A DNA stretch of 64,000 nt from the NCBI GenBank assembly GCA_963813305.1, contig CAWEYP010000019.1, forward strand, positions 20,082 through 84,081, given 5' to 3'. The notes beneath the pieces are model-generated. The model saw only the letters and a list, made by a program, of their open reading frames with translations. It ran no database searches and was not told where the DNA came from. Source of the stretch: an uncultured Chloroflexia bacterium. GTDB taxonomy: Bacteria; Chloroflexota; Limnocylindria; Limnocylindrales; CSP1-4. Shown here piece after piece: positions 9,840 to 20,000 of this stretch (the first letter of the stretch is position 1; each line of letters starts with the position of its first letter). The position numbers were made by a program, and so were the translations under genes.

Positions 9840-10734
9840 TCAGCCCGCCCGGGAGCGGGCGATCCCGGTGAGGACCCGGTCGAACGTCGCCGGCGTCGCC
9901 GGCTGCACGTCGAGCTGGACGTGACCGACGCCGAGCGCGGCGTAGGCGCGAAGGGCATCTGCCACGACGTCGGGCTCGGCCAGGAGCGCGGCAGGCGCAC
10001 CGGGTCCGCCCCATTCGCCGTCCGCCTCGGCCTTGACGGTGAGGCCCACGGTGATCTCGAGCGAGTGCCGGGTCGCGCCCCACCTCGGCGCACGCAGCGC
10101 GCATGTCGGCGAGGCGCTGGCCGAGCCGGTCGTCGGGCAGCCCGAACCAGGCCGTGTTCCAGGCGTCGGCGAAGCGGGCCGTCAGGCGCAGCATCCGGGG
10201 GCCCTTCGCCGCCACGAGCAGCGGGATCCGGGGCCGGGGGCCGCGCGGCAGAATCACGCAGTCCTCGGCCTGGTAGTAAGCCCCGGCGAACGTTACTGAT
10301 CCCTCACGAACCAGTGGCGTGATGACCTGGAGCGCCTCCTCGAAACGGTCGACGCGGTGGTCGAAGGGATACCCGAACGCGCGGTACTCGGGCTCGTGCC
10401 AGCCGCATCCGAGGCCCAGGACCAGGCGTCCCCCGCTGATGGCGTCGAGGGTCGTCGCCATCTTCGCGAGCAGCGCCGGGTTCCGGAAGCTGGTTGCCAG
10501 CACGATCGTGCCCAGCACGACGCGCTCGGTGGCCGCCGCGACCGCCGAGAGCAGCGTCCACGCCTCGTGGATCCCGGAGGCCGGCCCGTCGAGCCGGAAG
10601 ATGAGGTGGTCGTAGACCCAGACGGAGTCGGCTCCCCCGGCCTCCGCCCTCCGGGCCAGGTCGCGGATCGTGGGCCACGCCGGCGTCCCCGCCCCGTCGT
10701 CGTCGCTCATTGGCAGGATCAGGCCGACCTTCAC
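9840..10734 (-). CDS. LLM-class flavin-dependent oxidoreductase (frameshift near 10060-10070)
   Basis: VWVYDHL, RNPALLAKMATTLDAISGGRLVLGLGCGW. The C-terminus is in ORF 9840..10049. Confidence 0.85.
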
Positions 10735-12004
10735 GCACCCTCCTCCGCCAGGAGCTCCCGGAGCACGTCGGCCAGGTAGGCGTACTCGCCCGGGTCGTTG
10801 TGCAGGTGCGCCGATACGCGGAGCAGCCGGCGGCGCCGCTCGCCCGGAGCGGGGTCGCGGGGCCACGCGTGAACGGGGACTTCGATCCCGGCCGCGAGCA
10901 GGCGCACCTGCAGCGGATCGGGATCGGTTGCGCCGCGGGCGGCGAAGCCGGCGTCCGGCGGCAGCTCCAGGGCCGCCATCGAGCCGAGCATCGCCTCGGG
11001 TGCCAGGGTCGGGCGTCCCGCCGCCGCGACGAGCAGCCGCCGCGCCTCCGTCGCCAGCCGGACGTTCCGGGCCATGACCGCCGGCCAGCCGCCGGCGACC
11101 AGCGCCTCGATCGTGTCGAGCGCCGCCGGGACCGACGAGGTACGGCGTCGGGTCGGACGTGCCGGTCCAGTCGAACTCCTTCCGGAACGTCGAGCGACCG
11201 GGCCGCGGGTCGTTGGCCCCGTGGCTGATGGCCAGCGGCCGGACGGCCGCCCGCCGGTCGCGCCGCACGTGGAGGAACGCCGGCTCCCCGGGGCGCGCAG
11301 ACCCACTTGTGGCAGGTTGCCGGTGTAGAAGCTCGCTCCGAGGGCGTCGAGGTCGAGCGGCAGCATGCCCGGCGCGTGGGCGCCGTCCACGAGCACCGGG
11401 ATGCCGCGTGCCTCCAGCGAGGGGCACGAGCTCCTCGACCGGCAGGACGAGCGCGGTCGGGCTGGTGACGTGGCTGACGAGCACGAGCCGGGTCCGCGGG
11501 CCGGTCGCCGCCAGCACGCGCTCCATCGCCTCGTCGGGTCCGCCGGCCGGCAGCGGGATCCGGGCGACCGCCACGCGCGCCCCGTCGCGCGCCGCCGCGA
11601 AGCGGGCCATGTTGAGGGCGGCGTTGTACTCGTGGTCCGTGGTCGCGATCTCGTCGCCGGGACCGAAGCGGAGGCTCCGCAGGACGGTGGCGACGGCGTG
11701 GGTCGCGTTTGGGACGAACGCCAGGTCGTCCGGATCGGCCCGAAGGAAGGCGGCAAGCCGGGCGCGCGCCGCGTCGAGGCGCGGCTCGAGGCCGCGGTCG
11801 AGGAACGCGACGGGATTGGCCTCCATCTCCGCCCGCAGCTCCGCCTGGGCGGCGCAGCACGGCGCGCGGGACCGCGCCGAAGGAGCCGTGGTTCAGGAAG
11901 ACCACCTCCGGGTCCAGCGCCCACGCGTCGGCATGGGGCGCCCGCGGGGGGCGCAGCGGGGCCGGACGGCCATCGGGTGCGGGCATGTCCGGATGATGGC
12001 TCAT
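10731..12004 (-). CDS. Class V PLP aminotransferase (isopenicillin-N-epimerase/C-S lyase-like), several frameshifts
   Basis: FLNHGSFGA, FVPNAT, SHVTSPT, VDGAHAPG, HKWVCAPRG, LRVSAHLHN found across frames. Confidence 0.85.
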
Positions 12005-13333
12005 GCAGCCTCCCTGCGGCGCGGCACGCGGGCCCGCCGAAGGTTGGGGCTCAGGGCGAATCCCAGGCCGGCGGCGATCGACAGGGCGCCCATGATGAAG
12101 AGGGTGGCCGTGCCCCCGATCGCGTCGAGCATCGCCCCGGCCACGAGGGCTCCGATCGGCATCAGCCCCACCGACAGCGTCCGGGCCGTGGCGCCGACCC
12201 TCCCGAGGAGCGCGTCGGGCGAGAGCTGGGTGCGCAGGGTCAGGTACGAGATGAGCACGTTCGCGTTGAGGATCCCGGCGATGAACGCCGCCGCGGCGAG
12301 GACCACGACCGGGACGTCGAGGGCAACCACCACGAGCGTGAGGCCCATGATGACGCTGCCGACGAGCATCACCGGGCCGACGCTGCGGAACGCCATCCGG
12401 GCAGCCACGAGCGAGCCGCCGAGCGAGCCCACGGCGAACGCCGAGAGCACGAGGCCGACGACGCCGGTGCCGAGGTCGCGGTCGATCGTGATGTAGAAGA
12501 TGAGGCCACTGGCCAGCCCCGCGTAGATCACGGAGGTCGTGGTCCACAGGGCGATGACGGCGCGCAGGGTCGGCTGGCGGGCGACGAACGAGATCCCCTC
12601 GCGGATGTCCGCGAGGAGGTGCGTCGGCTCGGTCCGCGTCTCGGGCTTGAGCGGACGGCGGACGAACAGGAGCGCCGCGGCCGAGATCGCGAAGGTGATC
12701 GCGTCGATCGCGATCGTGCGGCCCGGACCAATCGTCGCCGCCAGCAGGCCGGCCAGGGCCGGCCCGACGATCCAGCCAACGTTGAAGAAGGCCTCGAAGA
12801 CGGCATTCGCACGGGCGATCTGGCCGCGCCCGACGAGGCCCGGGCACGGCCGCCGTGAATGCCGCCAGCCAGAGCACCCGGAGCACGTTCATCGGGAAGG
12901 TCACGAGCATGATCAGGGCCAGGGTCGGCCCGTCCAGCCAGACGGAGATGGGGATCAGGGCGGTCAGGGCGGCGCGCCCGAGGTCGGCCGAGAACATCAT
13001 CTTGCGGCGGTCCCAGCGATCGGCGTAGGCGCCGGCTGGCAGGCCGACCACGAGGTCCGGCAGGGTCGAGAGGACGCCGACGACGCCCATCGCGAACCCG
13101 GAGCCGGTGAGGGCCAGCACGAGGATCGGCAGGGCGGTGTTCGTGATCGCGTCGCCGAAGGAGCTCACCCCCTGGCCCAGCAGGACCACCCAGAAGTCGC
13201 GGTTGCCGCGCAGCGGGGCGTCGGGGATGGCCGGGGAGGCGGAGGCCGGGGCGAGGTGGAGGGGCTCCTCCTCCGCACCGCCGGGTCCCGGCGAGACGGC
13301 CGGGTCGGTGCCCGCGGGCATCAACGTCGTCAC
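12001..13333 (-). CDS. MFS transporter (frameshifted)
   Basis: NRDFWVVLLGQGVSSFGD, GAYADRWDRRKMM. The C-terminal half is in ORF 12001..12531. Confidence 0.85.
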
Positions 13334-13356
13334 CGCCGAAGAGTAGTCTCTCGGCG
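13334..13356. promoter_or_regulatory. Palindromic bidirectional promoter for two leaderless genes
   Basis: CGCCGAAGAGTAGTCTCTCGGCG. TAGTCT (+, 13344-49) is 7 nt before GTG 13357, and TACTCT (-, 13340-45) is 6 nt before GTG 13333. Confidence 0.65.
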
Positions 13357-14214
13357 GTGCAGTACGCGGTCGACATCCCCAACTTCGGGTCTGGCGGCGA
13401 TCCGCGCACCCTGGTCGAGCTCGCGGTGCGCGCCGAGGATGCCGGCTGGGACGGCTTCTTCGTCTGGGACCACATCCTGGTCGACGCCTCCTGGACGCTC
13501 GACATCGCCGACCCGTGGATCGCGATGGCGGCAATCGCCCAGGCCACGCACCGGGTCCGCCTGGGGCCGATGGTCGCCGCCCTGCCACGGCGCAGGCCGT
13601 GGAAGCTGGCCCGGGAGACGGCGTCGCTGGACCGGCTGAGCGGCGGTCGGCTGGTCCTCGGCGTCGGCCTCGGCTGGCCGTCCGAGGCCGAGTTCGGCAC
13701 CTTCGGCGACGAGGTCGACCTGCGCCGCAGGGCGGCGATGCTCGACGAGAGCCTCGCGATCCTCGAAGGGCTCTGGAGCGGGGAGCGGTTCTCGTTCGAC
13801 GGGGAGCACTACCGCGTCGGCGGGGCGACCTTCCTGCCGCGGCCGGTCCAGGAGCCGCGCATCCCCGTCTGGGTCGGGGCTCTCCGCCCGGGACCCGACG
13901 CCCCGCTTCGGCGGGCCGCCCGCTGGGACGGCTTCGTCCCGGCCGACGAGAACGGCTACCTGCCGCTCGCGACCTTCGCCCGCGACGTCGCCCGTGTCCG
14001 CGAGCTGCGCGCCGCCGCGGGACTCGCCCCGGACGCGCCGTACGAGATGGTCGCCTCGGGCGCCACCCCGGCCGACGACCGGGCGGCCGCCCTCGACGCG
14101 GTCGCCGCATATGCGGAGGCCGGGGCCACCTGGTGGCACGAGATCGTGTCCGACTGGCTGGGCGGCCTCGACGAGATGCGCGCCCGCATCGCGGCGGGCC
14201 CGCCTCGCGCCTGA
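13357..14214 (+). CDS. LLM-class flavin-dependent oxidoreductase
   Basis: GWDGFFVWDH, RRRPWKLARETASLDRLSGGRLVLGVGLG. Confidence 0.92.
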   Translation: MQYAVDIPNFGSGGDPRTLVELAVRAEDAGWDGFFVWDHILVDASWTLDIADPWIAMAAIAQATHRVRLGPMVAALPRRRPWKLARETASLDRLSGGRLVLGVGLGWPSEAEFGTFGDEVDLRRRAAMLDESLAILEGLWSGERFSFDGEHYRVGGATFLPRPVQEPRIPVWVGALRPGPDAPLRRAARWDGFVPADENGYLPLATFARDVARVRELRAAAGLAPDAPYEMVASGATPADDRAAALDAVAAYAEAGATWWHEIVSDWLGGLDEMRARIAAGPPRA

Positions 14215-14273
14215 CGCCTCGGCGCGTTGCGGAGACCCTGCGGCGCTTGCCGGCCATGCCGGAAGGACGTGCC

Positions 14274-14455
14274 GAGTCGGGATCCGACTCACCTGGGGAG
14301 TGTCCGAGCGTGGCGAGTTCGCCAGCGGCGTCATGCTGGCGTATCTGCCGAGCGTGGTGGCCCCTCGTTCGAGTCGGAAACCGACTCGACCCGCACCGTC
14401 CGTGGGGTCCGCACGGGTCCGCGGGGTCCGCACGGCCCGCGGGGTCCGACTCGAT
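14274..14455. repeat. Intergenic palindromic repeat cluster (REP-like)
   Basis: GAGTCGG-gat-CCGACTC (14274-90), TCGAGTCGG-aaa-CCGACTCGA (14369-89) and repeated GGGGTCCGCACGG between convergent genes. Confidence 0.55.
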
Positions 14456-14524
14456 CGGGACGATCCGCACGGCGGAGTGATCCCGCCGCCCCGCGCATGA
14501 CGCAACAGCGTCGTGGGAGCGCGC

Positions 14525-15454
14525 CTACTCCACGATGTTCGCGCAGGGGTCCTCGTCGCCGGGGAGCAGCGGGCGAACCGTGAGCCCGTGCGTCGCGCTG
14601 GCGGAGGCAGTCGCCACGAACGGCGTCAGCTGGGTGGCCTGGCTGAACGACGGCCGAAGGGCAGCCGCCAGGTCGCCGGAGGCGATCCCGCAGCGGGTGC
14701 CGGGCTCGCCGCGCACCGGCTTCCCGAACGCATCGAGGGCCGGCTCGGCCACCGGCCACACGACCGGGGTCGCGCCCTGCCAGGCCTCGGGCGGGCCGGC
14801 GACGATGACCGCGTAGGACGCCGGCGTGTGCTCGTGCTCCGCGCCGAGCTCGGGCTCCAGCCAGCTCGCCACGTCGAGGAGGCGATACCAGAAGGTGGCG
14901 AATGCGGCCGGGGTGCCGGGGACCGGCGCCGGGCAGCTCTCGGTCGGCGGGCACGGGACCGTCGCGTTTGTGTCGCCGACGAGGTCGTAGGTGACGCCGT
15001 CGGCCACGATCCGCAGCCGGCCCGCGGCGGCGCCCGGAGGCAGGCCCCCGCCGGTGAAGTCGCCGTCGGCGCGCAGGATACCGGCGTCCTTGGCCGCCTG
15101 GACGAGTGCGGCCACGCCCTTCGGGCTGATCGGGCGCTCGACGATCGGGGCGACGAGCGGCCCAGGGTAGATCTCGATCGTGGCGCCCTGGGTGAGCACG
15201 CGGCCGTCCGCCGTCACGACCATCACCGGGACGTTTCCGAACATGGCCCGCGGCGGCAGCGCCTGCGTCCACGACGCGTGGATGACGAACCCGGCCCCGG
15301 CGGGCGTCGCCGACGGAGCGGGTGTCGGGGAGGCGGGCGACGGTGAGGATGGGATCGGCGACGGGCTCGCTCCGCCGCCGCAGGCGGCCACGAGCGCGGC
15401 GACGGCGAACGGAGCGAGGACTCGGGCGAGGCGCCGAGGGCGGGGGTTCTGCAC
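14525..15454 (-). CDS. Putative lipoprotein, function unknown
   Basis: Signal peptide ending VAAC, Pro/Ser linker, then a globular domain. Confidence 0.7.
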   Translation of the reverse strand: MQNPRPRRLARVLAPFAVAALVAACGGGASPSPIPSSPSPASPTPAPSATPAGAGFVIHASWTQALPPRAMFGNVPVMVVTADGRVLTQGATIEIYPGPLVAPIVERPISPKGVAALVQAAKDAGILRADGDFTGGGLPPGAAAGRLRIVADGVTYDLVGDTNATVPCPPTESCPAPVPGTPAAFATFWYRLLDVASWLEPELGAEHEHTPASYAVIVAGPPEAWQGATPVVWPVAEPALDAFGKPVRGEPGTRCGIASGDLAAALRPSFSQATQLTPFVATASASATHGLTVRPLLPGDEDPCANIVE

Positions 15455-15664
15455 GGCGATGGGCTCCGGATGTGTCGGCCGGGGCGTCACGCGGCGCCCG
15501 GCGACCTGGCCCCTCGACGCGGCTCGTGGTCGCGCGGTTCCCGCGACCGGCCGTGCCGCCCTGCACGGCGGCATCGTGTGCGGCACCGACCGGCGACCGG
15601 CGGCGCCCCGGGGGGCTGCCGGAGCGCCCTGCGGACCGGACACGGACGCGCGATCCTTACCCGC

Positions 15665-16354
15665 ATGGACAAGACGGCGCATCCCCACCCCGCATTCGAG
15701 ACAGCCGCGGTCGCGATCGTCGCGGCCGGACGCCGGTTGAGCGCGCGCCGCCTCATCACGGGCTGCGACGGCAACCTCTCCGTGCGCCTCGGCCCGTTCG
15801 CCCTCGCGATCACCCCCGCGGGACGGCGCAAGGACGAGCTGGCGCCGGGCGACATCCTGGCCGTGCCGCTCGACGCCGATGAGCCCCCGCGCGACATTCG
15901 CCGCCGGCCCAGCTCCGACCTCCCGGTGCATCGTGCGGCGTACGTCGCGCGACCCGGGGCGCATGCCATCGCCCACGCCCATCCGCCGGCCGTCCTGGCC
16001 TGCCTCCTGGCCGGCCTCCGCCCGGATGCGGCGGTCCTGCCCGAGGCGCGCGCCATCCTGGGTCGCGTCGCGTACGTCCCGGCACTGCCGTTCGGTGGCC
16101 CGGCCGTGGCGGCGGCCGTCGCCGGCGCGCTGCGGGACCCGGCCGTCGGCGCGGTCCTCCTGGATCGTCATGGCGTGCTGACGATCGGCCGCACGGTGGA
16201 CGAGGCCGTTGACCGGCTCGAGGTGGTCGAGCTTCTCTGCGCCACCTGGCACGCGGCGTGGGTCGCGACCGGCGATCCGCGCCGGCGCACGCGCCGGCGA
16301 CCCGTGCCGGGGGCGGCGGCCCGCACGCCCGCGCCGGTGCGCCGCCGCCCGTGA
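15665..16354 (+). CDS. Class II aldolase/adducin family protein
   Basis: GNLSVR, ITPAG, PSSDLPVH, HAHPP, RHGV. Confidence 0.85.
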   Translation: MDKTAHPHPAFETAAVAIVAAGRRLSARRLITGCDGNLSVRLGPFALAITPAGRRKDELAPGDILAVPLDADEPPRDIRRRPSSDLPVHRAAYVARPGAHAIAHAHPPAVLACLLAGLRPDAAVLPEARAILGRVAYVPALPFGGPAVAAAVAGALRDPAVGAVLLDRHGVLTIGRTVDEAVDRLEVVELLCATWHAAWVATGDPRRRTRRRPVPGAAARTPAPVRRRP

Positions 16355-17418
16355 CCGAGCCGCGCCTGCCGCGGGTGCTGCCCGGCGACGACCCGGCGGC
16401 CATCGCCGAGGCGGCGGCGCTCCTGCGGGCCGGGCGCCTCGTCGCCTTCCCGACCGAGACCGTCTACGGCCTGGCCGCCAACGCCCTCGACGCCGCGGCG
16501 GTCGCCCGCGTCTTCGCGGCGAAGGAGCGGCCGTCGTTCGACCCGCTCATCGTCCACCTGGCAGAGGCCGCCGAGCTGCCGCGGCATGTCCTCCCCGCCG
16601 ACGCCGCCGACCCGCGCGTGGCCGACCTGGCCGCACGCTTCTGGCCCGGTCCCCTGACCCTCGTCCTGCGGAAGCGCGACCACATCCCCGGCATCGTCAC
16701 GGCGGGCCTCCCGACCGTCGGCCTCCGGGTGCCCGACCATCCCGTCGCGCGGGCGCTGATCCGCGCCGCCGGCGTCCCGATCGCGGCGCCGTCGGCGAAC
16801 CGCTTCGGGCGGATCTCGCCCACGCGCGTCGAGCATGTGGTCCGGGGCCTGGGCGACCGCGTCGGCCTGGTCCTCGACGGGGGCCCCTGCCGCGTGGGGG
16901 TCGAATCCACGGTGGTCCTGCTCGCCGACGGCCGAGCTGTCCTCCTCCGGCCGGGCGGCGTTCCCGCCGAGGCGCTCGAGGCGGTGGTCGGCACCCTGGC
17001 TCACCCGGGCGACGATGAGCCGGGCACGGCGTCGCTCGCCCCGGGCCGGGCGGGCGGCCACTACGCGCCGGGGGCACGGGTCGAGATCGTCGATCCGGGG
17101 GATCCCGCGACGCTCGACCGTCTGCGGGCGCGGCCCGGCGAGCGGCTTGGCCTCCTCGCCGTCTCGGCCGCGGGAGCGGCGGCGGCCCGGGCGGTGGGCG
17201 GGCCGTTCGCGGCGTCGGTGACCCTTGCTCTCGACGGCGACCCCGTGGCGGTCGCGGCCGGCCTGTTCGACGCGCTCCACGACCTCGACGCGGCCGGCCT
17301 GGACCGGATCGTCGCCCAGCCGGTGCCGGCGGTCGGCGTTGGGCGGGCCGTGATGGACCGGCTTCGCCGGGCCGAGCTGGGCAGCGCCCCGTCGTACCGC
17401 GAACCGGCCGACGCCTGA
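16351..17418 (+). CDS. sua5: L-threonylcarbamoyladenylate synthase (Sua5/TsaC)
   Basis: AFPTETVYGL, KERPSFDPLIVH, FWPGPLT, APSANRFG, GVESTV, plus a C-terminal SUA5 domain. Confidence 0.92.
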   Translation: MTEPRLPRVLPGDDPAAIAEAAALLRAGRLVAFPTETVYGLAANALDAAAVARVFAAKERPSFDPLIVHLAEAAELPRHVLPADAADPRVADLAARFWPGPLTLVLRKRDHIPGIVTAGLPTVGLRVPDHPVARALIRAAGVPIAAPSANRFGRISPTRVEHVVRGLGDRVGLVLDGGPCRVGVESTVVLLADGRAVLLRPGGVPAEALEAVVGTLAHPGDDEPGTASLAPGRAGGHYAPGARVEIVDPGDPATLDRLRARPGERLGLLAVSAAGAAAARAVGGPFAASVTLALDGDPVAVAAGLFDALHDLDAAGLDRIVAQPVPAVGVGRAVMDRLRRAELGSAPSYREPADA

Positions 17419-17527
17419 CGTCCCGCTGACACGGGGCGCGCGGCGGGCTGACATGACCCGGCGACGCTCCCGGCACCGGCACGGCGTCGCACGGGACGGC
17501 CCGGCCGGGAAGACCAGGGAGATCACG

Positions 17528-18013
17528 ATGCGCCTTCGCCACCTCCTCCGGGCCGCCGCCCTTCCGGCCGCGCTCGCCCTCACGCTCCTCGGGTCGACCG
17601 TGGCCGCCGCGGCCGAGCCGGCGCCCGCCACCACCGGCACGGCGGTCGTCTCCGGCACCGGCCGGCTCGCCGCCGCCGGCGCAGGCGTCGTCCGCGTCCG
17701 GGGCAGCTTCACGATCACTGGCGCCATGAGCGGCGGCTCGCTGCTCGTCGACGGGATCGATCCGACGACGGCCATCCGGGTCACGGGCTGGACCTCGAAG
17801 ACCCGCGTCGACGGCGACTCGCTCCTGTACCGCGGCGTCAAGGGCACCTTCACCGTCGCCGGCCGGACGATCCGGGTGACGATCAGCAGCCCGCAGGTCC
17901 GCTTCGTCGCCTACGGCACGGGTGCCGCTCACCTCCGCGGCGTCGGGGTCTACCGGATCAACGGCGGCCCCTCGATCCCGTGGCCGAGGGCGGGCACCTG
18001 GATCGCCCTGTAG
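17528..18013 (+). CDS. Secreted hypothetical beta-rich protein
   Basis: GGGAG RBS and a Sec-type signal peptide ending AAA-AEP. Confidence 0.65.
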   Translation: MRLRHLLRAAALPAALALTLLGSTVAAAAEPAPATTGTAVVSGTGRLAAAGAGVVRVRGSFTITGAMSGGSLLVDGIDPTTAIRVTGWTSKTRVDGDSLLYRGVKGTFTVAGRTIRVTISSPQVRFVAYGTGAAHLRGVGVYRINGGPSIPWPRAGTWIAL

Positions 18014-18107
18014 GACCGCGGCGCCGGGCCGGCCGCCGGCGTGCTGGCCGGCCCGCGGCCGGCGGCGTGCGGACTCTGCCGGCAGCGTCCAGACCGGGCG
18101 GGCCGGT

Positions 18108-18611
18108 TCAGTAGACGAGCGGCAGCAGCTTCCGGACGCGGCGCCGGTAGTCCGCGTACCCCGGGTACGCCGCGAGGAGCCACGCTTCCTCGCGGCGTGC
18201 CTTCGCGTCGAAGAAGACGCCGAGCACGGCGGCCACGACGAGCGCCGCCGGGCTGGCCGTCAGCAGCCCCCATCCGACGGCGGCGGTGATGATCCCCGTG
18301 TAGATGGGGTGGCGCACGATGCGGTAGATCCCGTGCTCGACGAGCCGGCCGCCCTCGACCGGCCTGGGCACCGCGGTCAGGTTCTCGCGAAGCCCGACAA
18401 GCCCGAGGGTGGCCGCGGCGATCCCGAGGCCGACGAGGCACGCTCCGACGATCCGCCCCAGGACCAGCCACGGGTCCGCCCATGCCGGTCCGGCCGTGCC
18501 GGCCAGGGCGAGGAGGGCGAACAGGGCGACCTGGATCACCACCCAGCCTTCGCCGCGGGGACCCAGCGCGGGCACGCGGGTTCCGGGAGAGGACGGCGGG
18601 TCGGCCTGCAT
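18108..18611 (-). CDS. Isoprenylcysteine carboxylmethyltransferase/PEMT family membrane protein
   Basis: LVEHGIYRIVRHPIYTG and REEAWL...YADYRRRV. Confidence 0.85.
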   Translation of the reverse strand: MQADPPSSPGTRVPALGPRGEGWVVIQVALFALLALAGTAGPAWADPWLVLGRIVGACLVGLGIAAATLGLVGLRENLTAVPRPVEGGRLVEHGIYRIVRHPIYTGIITAAVGWGLLTASPAALVVAAVLGVFFDAKARREEAWLLAAYPGYADYRRRVRKLLPLVY

Positions 18612-18839
18612 CGAACGCATGATCGCCGCCCCCGCGCCATCGCGCCAGCCGTGGCCGAGGCGCGGTGCGGCCGATGGGACGGTGAGCGCGCCGGATGGCC
18701 CTTGTGTCACGCTAGCGGGCGCGGCCACCGTGGCAGGAGGAGTCGCCGGCCTCGGCCGGCAGGCGGCCGACGCACGGTGGCGGCCGGGGCTGGAGGAACG
18801 CCGGTGGCGGATGGAGCGGGCGCGGCTCCCCGGGCGCCG

Positions 18840-20000
18840 ATGCCGCCTGCCTCGACGCCCGACATCCGGCTTGTCGACCTCACGAAGCGCTTCCGGGAGA
18901 TCGTGGCCGTCGACGCGATCTCGCTCGACATCCAGATTGGCGAGTTCTTCTCGCTCCTCGGGCCGTCCGGCTGCGGCAAGACCACCACCCTCCGGATGAT
19001 CGGCGGCTTCGAGCTGCCGACGAGCGGCCGGATCGAGCTCCGCGGGCGCGAGGTCACGCACGATCCGCCCGAGCGACGGCCGGTGAACATGGTCTTCCAG
19101 AGCTACGCCCTCTTCCCGCACCTGTCGGTCTTCGACAACGTCGCGTTCGGGCTGCGGCGCCGCAAGGTCCCGGACGCGGAGGCCCGGAAGCGGGTCGGCG
19201 AGACACTGGAGCTGGTCCGCCTCACGGGCTACGACCGCCGAGGTCCCGGCGAGCTCTCCGGCGGCCAGCAGCAGCGCGTCGCGCTGGCCCGGGCGCTGGT
19301 CTGCGAGCCGACCGTCCTCCTGCTCGACGAGCCGCTCGGCGCGCTCGACCTGAAGCTGCGGCGACAGCTGCAGGTCGAGCTCAAGCGGGTCCAGGTGGAG
19401 GTGGGCATCACCTTCGTGTACGTGACCCACGACCAGGAGGAGGCCCTGGCACTGTCCGACCGGATCGCCGTCATGAACGGGGGTCGAATCGAGCAGCTGG
19501 GGACGCCGGAGGAGCTCTACGACCGGCCGCGGACGCGGTTCGTGGCCGACTTCATCGGGACCACGAACCTGCTGTCCGGCACGGTCGCGACCGTGGCAGG
19601 AGGCGACGCCGTCGTGGAGCTCGCCGGCGGCGGGCGCTGCGTCGTGAGCGCCGACGGGCTCGCCCTCGGGGCGGCCGTCGAGGTGGCCGTGCGTCCGGAG
19701 GCGATGGAGCTCGCCGTGGTGCCCGGTCCGGGCGCGACGGCCGGCGAGGGCCCGGCGGGCGGCGAGGGCCCGGCGGCCGGATCGTGGCTCCGCGGCGCGA
19801 TCGAGCAGTCCGCGTACCTCGGGACGTCGATCAGCTACCAGGTCCGGACCGCCGGCGGTGCACGCATCGTCGCGTCCGTCCCGCGTGCCCAGGACCGCAT
19901 CGCGGCGGGCACGCCCGTCGTGGTGCGATGGCGATCGGAGGATGCGCTGGTCCTCCCTGGACCTGCGATGTCGGGCGACGACAAGGAGGAAGCTCCATGA
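18840..20000 (+). CDS. potA: Polyamine-type ABC transporter ATPase (PotA-like)
   Basis: GPSGCGKTT, VNMVFQSYALFPHL, LSGGQQQRVALARAL, LLDEPLGALDLKLR, C-terminal TOBE domain. Confidence 0.88.
   Translation: MPPASTPDIRLVDLTKRFREIVAVDAISLDIQIGEFFSLLGPSGCGKTTTLRMIGGFELPTSGRIELRGREVTHDPPERRPVNMVFQSYALFPHLSVFDNVAFGLRRRKVPDAEARKRVGETLELVRLTGYDRRGPGELSGGQQQRVALARALVCEPTVLLLDEPLGALDLKLRRQLQVELKRVQVEVGITFVYVTHDQEEALALSDRIAVMNGGRIEQLGTPEELYDRPRTRFVADFIGTTNLLSGTVATVAGGDAVVELAGGGRCVVSADGLALGAAVEVAVRPEAMELAVVPGPGATAGEGPAGGEGPAAGSWLRGAIEQSAYLGTSISYQVRTAGGARIVASVPRAQDRIAAGTPVVVRWRSEDALVLPGPAMSGDDKEEAP

Noticed and set aside
7210-14470. Giant minus-strand ORFs of 1538 and 1388 aa (also 32991..38024 and 21698..25321)
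   Set aside because: They are chimeras of real gene fragments and antisense or off-frame read-through in stop-poor GC-rich DNA.
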